Under the pieces are notes generated by a model. It ran no database searches, was not told the origin of the DNA, and was given only the letters and a program-made list of their open reading frames with translations. Shown in pieces: positions 34,010 through 42,790 of a stretch of DNA of 42,790 nt (positions are counted from its first letter, which is position 1; every line of letters begins with the position of its first letter). This DNA comes from Mayamaea pseudoterrestris (lineage: Eukaryota): NCBI GenBank assembly GCA_027923505.1, contig BROI01000017.1, forward strand, positions 682,001 to 724,790, in the 5' to 3' direction. The position numbers were made by a program, and so were the translations under genes.

Positions 34010-34380
34010 GGTGCTGTCGGAACACTGATCGTCTGCAGAACTTGCGAATGCGAGAGCCTTCGCGCGTTGAAGTTGCTGACGTGGTACGAACATAACGCGA
34101 GCCAATCACAACAATGCGAATTGCTATGTCGCATCACCACTACTTCATCTTTGTCGAACTGATTCATTTTGACCTCTCGCTCGACCCTCGACCATGGCAT
34201 AGTAGTTTGTAAACGGCAACAAAATTCAGTGGCTTATCCCAGTAGTTCAATAATATAAAGGCATATAGAGTCGTGGAAACTCCTTGAGCTTTGAAACACT
34301 CTGCAGACTGGATACTTACTTGCTCGTCATATTGCGACGCTGTGCAGCAATTCCAAAGTTACCACTGCAGCAAATAAATA

Positions 34381-36837
34381 ATGAACAATTCCACGACGGG
34401 CGGTGGCGACGAGCTTATGCGGCAGGATTCGACCGATGCAAGGCTTCCTCCTCGCGCTCGGACGCAAACAAGATCAGCGCTGCATAGTAGTAGCGCTTTG
34501 GGGCCGACCTCGTCGATCCTTTCGGCTTCCAGTCACCAGCAGCAACAATTGCTACATCAGTTTCACCAAAACATGCACATGGTGTCTTTGGAGTCACCGC
34601 TTCCTCCCATGGTACAGCGAGGTCTTGGCGATAGATCGAATGAGAAACGTAAAAATTCGGCTCTTGAAATTGAAGCTCTTGTTAAATCGTTACAGGAAGC
34701 CAACAATCTACACATGGTTCATTCCATTGTTGCTGTTTTGTCCAAGGACTTTTGTACGTCAATGAATTCCAACTATCGGAAAGGTGGACTCGTTGGACTG
34801 GCGGCTTGCAGCATTGGACTTATGCACAATACACGGGACTTTCTAAATGTATTGCTTCCGCCGATATTGCATTGCTTTGATGACCCTGAAGCAAGGGTGC
34901 GATACTACGCGTGCGAGTCCCTCTACAATGTCGCCAAGGTGTCGCGCAATGCCATTCTCCAGTCTTTCAACAAAATCTTTGAGGGACTGACAAAATTATA
35001 CGCCGACGTGGATGTTGACGTCAAGAACGGCGCGACATTGCTGGATCGACTATTGAAGGATATTGTCGCGGAATCAGTCGACTTCCAGATTGAACACTTC
35101 TTGCCAGTGTTACAAAACTACATTCGACGAACCAATCCTTTTATTCGACAGCTAATTGTGGGATGGATTACCTTGCTTGATTCGATCCCAGATATAAACA
35201 TGCTGGACTATTTGGCCGATTTTTTAGATGGCCTCTTCAATATGCTTAGTGACTCGAACTGCGAGATTCGTCAAGCAGCCGATAGCGCTTTGTCCGATTT
35301 TCTCGTCGAGTTGTCCAACAGTGCGGTGGTGACGTTTGATCCGATCATTTCTATACTCGTGCTTCAGTGCCAATCTAAGGAGCGTTTGAATCGCTTGACG
35401 GCAATCACTTGGATCGCGGAAGCGATTCGCCACAAGCAGGGTGGCGACAAATTGATGCCTTTTCACGCGGATATACTGGGTGCGATCATGTGGTGCATAT
35501 CTGACGGGGAAGTAGAGATTCGACAAATGGCAGACAAGACAAACAATGATTTTTCGAATCTAGTGAGAGATACAACGAGTCCTTTTGAGTTGGTACCTCT
35601 GCTCAATACGTTGACCAATGAGTTGCTGGAAAAAGAAGACGTGCCGACAAAAATGGCGGCTCTGCGTTGGATCAACATGCTCATGGAGAAGGGATCGACT
35701 GGAATGCGAGAATACACAGAGAGCTTACTGCCAGTCTTGCTGCGAACCTTATCAGATCCTAGTGATGCGGTTGTTCTTCTTAACCTGCAGGTGCTATCGC
35801 GCATTTCCCTAGCCAGTAATACGAGCAATATTAGAGGCATGCCCCAGTTGCCAAAGGAAACGGAGGAGGCGCAATTCCAATTAGTATTAAATGCTATCTT
35901 GAATTTGTTTGCCCAAGATCGCCAGCTGCTTGAGACGCGAGGATCGCTGATTATTCGCAAGCTCTGCGTTTTACTCAACGCCAAGAGTGTCTACATTCGC
36001 ATATCTGATACGCTGTCGTCGTTAGAAGTTAATGCTGACGTTGAGACGCTTCAGTTCATCAGCACCATGGTGCAGACGCTTAATTTAATCCTGCTCACTG
36101 CGTCTGAGTTGCACGATTTGCGGTCAAGTTTGGCGGGCAGCTTTGCTGAGAATATCAGTGACATTGCCCGAGAGGCGTCGATATCTGAAGGTGGCGATGT
36201 CTTTGCAACGATTTTTCACTGCTGGAGCCACAATCCGGTGGCAACATTTTCACTTTCGCTAATGGCTCGTGCGTATGACTTATCATTCGCCTTGGTCAAG
36301 CGTTTTTCGGAAATAGAAGATGTCAGTGTGGGCTTTCTCATGCAGATGGACAAATTAGTGCACCTTCTTGAATCGCCAATTTTCATCCACTTGCGACTGC
36401 AACTTTTGAACGTGGAAGCAGCATATCATGTGCCCCTACTAAAGAGTATATACGGCGTACTCATGTGCCTGCCGCAGGGTGATGCCTTTCGATTGCTGAA
36501 TGAACGATTAACGACGGTATGCAACCTGCGCAACAATCTGGGAATGCCCACACTGATTCATGCGACTGTCGTTCCAAAGAACCTTCCCTCCATTGTTAGC
36601 TTAAGAGGAATCGACATGGATCGTCTCTTGGCTCGCTTCGATAAAGTTACTTTTATGCACAAGAATGCTGCAGCATGTCTCGGAAAGGAACTTTCGTTGC
36701 CCAGTTCGAAATTACCGGAAGACGAGATCGTAGTAGGGGACCCTTGGCCGACAATTCATACTAGCCAAGGCTTATCAACAAGGGAATGTACAACCTCCTC
36801 TGGTTCATTCCCACCATCGAAAGCGGCCAGGTATTAA
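34381..36837 (+). CDS. VAC14: Vac14, scaffold of the PIKfyve/Fab1 complex
   Basis: RGLGDRSNEKRKNSALEIE, RKGGLVGLAA, RVRYYACESLYNVAK, LETRGSLIIRKLC, WSHNPVATFSL and QMDKLVHLLESPIFIHLRLQLL. Confidence 0.95.
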   Translation: MNNSTTGGGDELMRQDSTDARLPPRARTQTRSALHSSSALGPTSSILSASSHQQQQLLHQFHQNMHMVSLESPLPPMVQRGLGDRSNEKRKNSALEIEALVKSLQEANNLHMVHSIVAVLSKDFCTSMNSNYRKGGLVGLAACSIGLMHNTRDFLNVLLPPILHCFDDPEARVRYYACESLYNVAKVSRNAILQSFNKIFEGLTKLYADVDVDVKNGATLLDRLLKDIVAESVDFQIEHFLPVLQNYIRRTNPFIRQLIVGWITLLDSIPDINMLDYLADFLDGLFNMLSDSNCEIRQAADSALSDFLVELSNSAVVTFDPIISILVLQCQSKERLNRLTAITWIAEAIRHKQGGDKLMPFHADILGAIMWCISDGEVEIRQMADKTNNDFSNLVRDTTSPFELVPLLNTLTNELLEKEDVPTKMAALRWINMLMEKGSTGMREYTESLLPVLLRTLSDPSDAVVLLNLQVLSRISLASNTSNIRGMPQLPKETEEAQFQLVLNAILNLFAQDRQLLETRGSLIIRKLCVLLNAKSVYIRISDTLSSLEVNADVETLQFISTMVQTLNLILLTASELHDLRSSLAGSFAENISDIAREASISEGGDVFATIFHCWSHNPVATFSLSLMARAYDLSFALVKRFSEIEDVSVGFLMQMDKLVHLLESPIFIHLRLQLLNVEAAYHVPLLKSIYGVLMCLPQGDAFRLLNERLTTVCNLRNNLGMPTLIHATVVPKNLPSIVSLRGIDMDRLLARFDKVTFMHKNAAACLGKELSLPSSKLPEDEIVVGDPWPTIHTSQGLSTRECTTSSGSFPPSKAARY

Positions 36838-36863
36838 AAATGATATTTGAATTTATTACCTAA

Positions 36864-37784
36864 TTAACTGTAAGACTTTAGTTTTATGAAGGTATTCGTC
36901 CATTCGTCTTTGCTCAAAGCGGCAGCATCATTGCTGGCGATTGAGAACTCAACGTTAGAGCATGCATCGTTTGTTAGACACTGAAGAATCGCCTCGGCAC
37001 AAGCGTCTCTCTTGCAGTCGCCCAGCAGCGAGTCGCCTGGCGAAACGTCAACACCATTCTCCGCTCCACCTTCCGCCTGCAGAAGCCTAGCAAGATCGTA
37101 GTTGGTCCAAGGACCACCTACGAGTCTTCCCGGCCGAACTATGACGTAGTCAAAACCATTTCTTTTAGCCGATGCTTTGACCGCACCTTCTCCTGCTCGT
37201 TTCGCGTCAAGCACTCCAAACAGATTGAGAATTACAAATGGCATTTCTTTGGTGCGTTCAACGCCGACGGACGTAAGAAGGACAACCTTTTTTAATCCAT
37301 CAATGTTGTCGACCACTCTTGCAATTGTCGTGACAGCATCCTTATCAATGGCAGCAGGTACGTTACCTCCTTTCCACTTCATGGTCGGAAAGGCCGTAGT
37401 CCCAACAGAAATCACAACTGCCGATACGTTTTTCAAAGCGGCAGCCAGCTGATCTTGCAAATTATCACTCGTTAAGTCAACCCGGACAAAATCATCAATG
37501 CTGTCGTTCCTTAATAATTCTCGAGCCTTCTCTGGATCTCGTGCTGAAACTCGCACGTTAAGTGTAAGGCCTTGGTAATTGGCAAGTTTTTGGGAGACGA
37601 GCTGGCCAACACCAGAGGTGCCTCCAACGACGAGAATCGTGTCGCCGTTTCTAATTGAAGCTGCAAGTTGTAGCGACAACTTTTTTATTGGCTTTGCTTT
37701 CACAATTGGAAAGGCTAACGATGGGTATGCAAATAGTAGAGCAAGAACAACGAGTTTCGCTTTGATTAAAATGTTCCTATTCAT
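36864..37784 (-). CDS. NAD(P)-binding Rossmann-fold protein (atypical SDR, NmrA/Tic62-like), probably plastid-targeted
   Basis: ILVVGGTSGVGQLV, VGTTAFP, LNLFGVLDAKRAGE and YVIVRPGRLVGGP. Signal peptide ends SLA-FP. Start placed at MNRN (37784). Confidence 0.88.
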   Translation of the reverse strand: MNRNILIKAKLVVLALLFAYPSLAFPIVKAKPIKKLSLQLAASIRNGDTILVVGGTSGVGQLVSQKLANYQGLTLNVRVSARDPEKARELLRNDSIDDFVRVDLTSDNLQDQLAAALKNVSAVVISVGTTAFPTMKWKGGNVPAAIDKDAVTTIARVVDNIDGLKKVVLLTSVGVERTKEMPFVILNLFGVLDAKRAGEGAVKASAKRNGFDYVIVRPGRLVGGPWTNYDLARLLQAEGGAENGVDVSPGDSLLGDCKRDACAEAILQCLTNDACSNVEFSIASNDAAALSKDEWTNTFIKLKSYS

Positions 37785-38060
37785 TTTGATTGATTGTGGG
37801 TGGAACGAAAGTGGACACAATCGGATCGTGAAGTTGAAGTAAGTGACCGCCCCACACATCATGCCTGCAGTTCCGTCTCGTTAGCTACAGTACAAGTACC
37901 GCTTTCTCTTTCGGAAGCATCCAGCAGGCAGTGTAATCTTTACACGATGCATGTACAATAATCCTATAGCAATGAAGCATGTACGAAAAGAACTTTTTAG
38001 GTACAAACATTACCATGTACGAAATAATCCCTGCCAGCGAGCCCAACGAACACAGACTCT

Positions 38061-41000
38061 CTAGCCCACTCTTGTGGTGTTCTCCTTGCCATTCTTCTTG
38101 CCGCGACCAGCCTTTTCATTGCTCTCTGCTGGATGAGAATTGAAAGTAGTAAGGGCAGGACTGCGACCGTAGCCGGTTCCGAGGGTACGAGTGACGGTGG
38201 ATATGCCATCAACAAACTTTGTGCGAAAAATCACGTTTGCATTATTGAACATTCCTTCCTTTAGCGAAACAACGATAAATTGACTTTGGGAAAAATGAGT
38301 TTTGAGCATGAGACCAATGTTTTGAGTGTGGCTCAGATCCAAAGCGCTGTCGACTTCGTCAAGAATATACATTGGTGCAGGTTTGAAGAGCAGAAGCGAG
38401 AGAATGAGTGACAGAGCCAAGAGAGAGCGCTGCCCTCCACTGAGTTCGCTTAAAGTCTCTTTCCAAACGTCTCCAAATGCAACTTTCACTTCGAGACCTT
38501 CCCACGCTGCCATGCCATCTGGTGGCTCCAACTTGGCCCGCGTACCAGGCAACAACGTAGCGAAAATGGAGCCGAAATCGCGGTTTACTTTGACCCAAGT
38601 TCGCTCAACTTCCGCTTTTTTCTTGACATCGAGTTCTTGGATGACGGCTTGGATCTTCTTCTTGTCATTTTCCACAACCTTTCGCTTACGAAGAAGCTCC
38701 GTGTACTCGCTTTCCGCCTTCTCGATCATTCCCATGACCTTCTTGTTCACTTTTTTGGACTATAGGGGAACAAAAGAATAGTGAGGAATATGTGCTCAGC
38801 CAATAAGATTATCCACGACGATGTCGATCTTACGAGAGTTTCTTGTTCTTTCTTCCTTGAATGGAGATCCTTTGATACAGCCTCCAAGTTGGTTGCTGCA
38901 AAGTCATAATCGCCGCCAGAAATACCGAAAGCGTGCTTTTCGTTTAGTACCCACGAATATTTCGTTTCTAATCCGATAATCTTCTTCTCTGCTTCCTCGC
39001 GATCCTTTTGCATGCGAGAAAGTTGGATAGACAATTTCTTCTCCTCCAGCTTAAGGTTCTCCGTCTCCTTCATCATGGTAGCTCGCTCGTCCTTTAGGCC
39101 AGCTAGCTCCGCTTGTCCGTCGGCCCACTTGGCTTCCATACATACGAGTTTTGCTTTGACTTCGTCATAATCTGCGCGAACCTGTCCGAGTTTCATCTGC
39201 AGAGTCTCTTCCTTTTTGACAGCGGAAGAGAGAGCGACGTTGGCTGCCTCGAGGCATTCGCGCGCAACAATCACCTCTAAACGAAGCTCATCAAGCTCCA
39301 ACTTCAAGGTTTCGGCTTGCGACCCAATCTGTCAAGAATCAGTGAGATGCATGCCCTTAGTATGGACAAAATAGCTAGTTGACTTACCTCCCGCGCACGC
39401 TTTGACTTGTCGGCGGCTTCAGCTTTGGCAGCTTTAACGGCAATCTCCAGATCGCGCAAACGGTCTTCACGCTGCTGGGTGAGATTGGACTCCTGCGCTT
39501 TGAGATGCTCATAAAGATTCCATTTCTCGTCGCGCTTCTTCTGCATGCCGTCAAGCTCAATCCCTGCCGCTTGAAGTTCTGCTGTGATTGCGTCAAGTCG
39601 CTCGGTCAGCATGCCGTAACTCGTATTCGACAAGTGCTTCTGAGCTGAGTCTAGTTCCGCGAGAGCAAGGTTAAGCTTCGCACTGATCTTGTCAAATGTC
39701 GAAGCTGATGCAGCCATCGACGAGAACCGAGCGCAAACTGTGGCTAGGCGAGTTTTGATCTGCGATAGCTCCTTCGTTTTCGTCGCGACTTCAGCAATAT
39801 TGGAGAGTGAATGTCCCATGTTGCCAGCAGATCCCCCAGAGATGATACCGCCCGGTTCGTACACATCGCCTTCAAGAGTGACCGTTCGGGTCTTCGTGGC
39901 TGTGCAGATTTCATCGGCAGCTTTGCTATTATCTACGATAATCGTAGACCCAAATGCGTACTCCATTGCATTGCGCACCTCTTCGTCAAACTCAATGAGA
40001 TCTATGGCCGGCATGACCATCGCATTGTAATTCTTGCCAATGGCGATAGCACGGTCGAGAGTGGCGTGGCTTACGCTACTGAGCTGGATTTTGTCGAGAG
40101 GAATGAAAGTGACGCGTTGTCGCAGCTGACCACGCTCGATCAAGGCCTTGCTTGTTATGTGATCGTCGACTACCACTTGGAAAAGCTTTCCACCGGCGGC
40201 TACCTCCAGTGCCGTCGCATGGGCCGTATCTTTCATCTTGACTAGCTTGGCGACGACTCCCTTTACTTTGCTTCTATCAAAACCACGCACTGGGTCCGTG
40301 TACTGGAATGAGAGTCGCGCTCCAAGCAGAGCTTGCAAGGTTTCAATTCGCTCTATCATCTCAACAGCGGCTCCTTCAAGATCTGACTTCTCTTTGTCTA
40401 ATGCGTTGTACTCATCGAATGAAAAGTTTAGGCCGGCAGTCTCTTCCTGCAGCTGGGCTACTTTAGCAGCGGCCTTCTCTTTTTTGCTTGTGAGATCTGT
40501 GGATGATTTCTTTTGTTTATCCAAATCACTCGCCACCGACTTCATTTCCTTACTCAAATGTTTGATCTTCATTTCGGTTTGATCAATCTTGGCGGCAGCA
40601 CCCATTGAGTCGGCATGCGCCTGACTAATTTGCTCCGGCAACGTGCGGCCGTCATCCCCTTGCGAAGAGCTGATTCCGGCGCACATGTTTTGATAGTCGT
40701 TTGTCAGTTGTGCGCATCGGTCCTCGGCTTGTTGGGCATCAATAAGCATTTGCTCCGTGTTGGTGGTATCATTCGCGATGTCGTGTTCCTTGGAAGCAAC
40801 AGCAGTCAAACATTCGTCCAAGCTGAACTGCGCAGCCTTCACATCAATCTGAGCAGACGCGACATTTTCCTGAGCGCTCTCCCACGCCGACAGCTCCTTG
40901 ACGACATCCTTGGAGAGTGTATCTTCTTCCTTTTTGATTTGCTTTAGCTCCGCCGAAACGTCCGCGTTAGCAGCCCGCTCCTCAATTTCGTGGTCCTTGA

Positions 41001-41914
41001 CATGTAAAGCATCATGACTCTGCTTGACCCGATCTTGCACGATCTCCAACTGCTCTTCAAGCTCCGAGTACCCTTCCGCATCCAACGCAAGCAAGGCCTT
41101 GTGGTATTCGCCAGCAACAACGAGGCGCTCAAGGCGTTCAATATCAGCGTGGATCTTGCTCCATTTCAAATAGCTTTGTTTCTCACCACGCAGTTTCTCT
41201 AGCGTTGGAGTAATTTCCTCGCATAAGACGGAGTTGATTTGGTCGAGTTTGAGTTGCTTCTTGTCAATGGTCGTGAGCGCATTTACTCGCTTTGTCTCGT
41301 ACATGCGCGTTCCTGCCGCTTCTTCCACCATGCCGAGAATTTCATTAGGCTTCATGTTGAGAACCTTTGTGATGCGTCCTTGCATAATGAGGAAATGCGG
41401 ATTGTTGACGTTGAGTTGGACTGAATGGAATAGGTCCTGCACCTTTTTGGCAACGGCAGTGCGGCCATTGATGTAGTATTTGCTTTTGCCGCCTAGAAGT
41501 ACCTGCCTCGTGACAATAATTTCCTTGTATGCTTCGTAGCCGGCAGGACTGTTTGATTCGTCTTCATTGTCAAAGGTAATGGTGACAGTGGCCTTGTTGA
41601 CGCCAGCCTGTCCCTGCTTGTAGACTAGCTCGGTTAAATTTCCAGCTCGCACCTGACTTAGATTTGTGATTCCAAGAACAAAGCAGATAGAGTCAAGAAT
41701 ATTTGATTTTCCTGAGCCATTGAGACCAGTGATTGCGTTAAAGTGAGAGTCAAATCTGCGAAAATAGCATCAAGCTTTGGTGAGAAAATGGTTGAATGGT
41801 CTGCGTCGCTAGTGCATGATCATGGAAATCGCTCCAGGAGTTTACTCACCCGGTAATAACCGTTTCCTTGGCGTATGACTTGAAGCCATCGACAAGAATC
41901 TTCTTGATGTGCAT
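38061..41914 (-). CDS. SMC2: Condensin ATPase SMC2; exons 41914-41850, 41755-39388, 39328-38834, 38759-38061
   Basis: [15 protein letters not shown], Walker [37 protein letters not shown], hinge domain, signature LSGGQRSL and Walker [11 protein letters not shown]. Three GT-AG introns preserve the frame. Confidence 0.97.
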
Positions 41915-42790
41915 GGCAGCAGTAGAAGCTATGTACGGTTCAAAGCGTTGCAGAGGTGCTTGTTTCACTCGACTCGTCCCATGGTCGAATGGCAAAAGTC
42001 CGTTGATTGGATTCGATGGTGTCGTAGCGGTCGCGCCGGCCAGCTTAACCTAACGGCACCGGTAGGTTCTCCCACTCAGAGTTAAGGATTTGAAACATTG
42101 GCGAGATGCACTCGCGTCACCTTCACCATGAGATTGATGATGGAGACGAAGAGCACTCGCCCACTTCTTGACGGGACACTACTGACGTAATCTTTGCAGA
42201 GAACCTTTAGCAATAATTTTGAACAAGAGGATTGGCGGCATATCGTTTTAACATATTCGCAGGTCATTATCGCCGCGAGGCTAAGAGGAAAGGCTTGTTC
42301 GAGTCGAAACAATTAAGGTTCAGGCCACCTTTCATCCTTCGCGGCGATATCTGATATCCAGTATCTGTGAATACCAAGTTACTTCTACAGAAGCAAGCGA
42401 CGTTACTAACACGTCGGCAACGGTCCCCCTTAAAGCGGTAACAACTAAATCAAATCATTCCATTGCAAAGTACACCGAATCGCCCTCGTTCTACAGGCAG
42501 ACGATCATCTCCTACTTGATCATAAAAAAGAAAGCGAGCGCCCAAGACAGATGAAACTCTATTCCAACGGCCAACGAATATGCCCTATTGGTGGTTACCT
42601 CGATGCCGAGCGCAAGATTGCCTCTGTGGAGGCAAAAACTAAAGCTCCCAAGTGCTCGAGGACGATCCCAAGACCCCCAAGAGCCAGCTTGTCACCGCGA
42701 GACAAAGTGGACAGAACATTGAAGTTCCATTGGCAAGTAGAGAAGGCGAGCCGAGTTGGGGCTGAAAGCCTATGTCGAGAGACAACAAGG

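Noticed and set aside
130..42312. Numerous 60-180 aa antisense or alternate-frame ORFs in the ORF track
   Set aside because: They overlap well-supported genes, have no motifs and are expected by chance at this base composition.
42000..42790. Possible gene starting at ATG 42551 (open to the window end) and short ORFs upstream of SMC2
   Set aside because: No recognisable motif, several competing short frames and truncation by the window edge; cannot be supported.

Overview
Gene-dense eukaryotic nuclear DNA with short GT-AG introns and several signal-peptide + 'AF/GF' bipartite plastid presequences, most consistent with a diatom or related stramenopile (inference). About 20 protein-coding genes can be reconstructed: DUF547 protein, AKR-fold protein, Vps51, PuuE-type allantoinase, TM-RING-H2 ligase, dual HMG-box protein, Vps34, F-box/cytochrome b5 protein, Tom7, CLK/LAMMER kinase, a Q-rich putative regulator, Bud23, GH2 beta-mannosidase, sterol desaturase-family protein, PEPCK-like protein, SPOUT1, DNL zinc finger, Vac14, NAD(P)-binding protein and SMC2. 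The most striking observation is an 83-bp tandem duplication of an intron 3' end (23265-23430). Of the splice paths I traced, only one keeps the host gene in frame, and it uses a newly formed GT donor and a single-nucleotide micro-exon (G23346). Also notable are a CpG-depleted, decayed 144-bp higher-order Pro/Ser repeat (about 11.8-13.0 kb), an F-box/heme-domain fusion, two probable pseudo-enzymes and a recurrent upstream 10-mer. No RNA genes, CRISPR arrays or intact transposons were recognised. Gene identities come from remembered motifs, not database searches.
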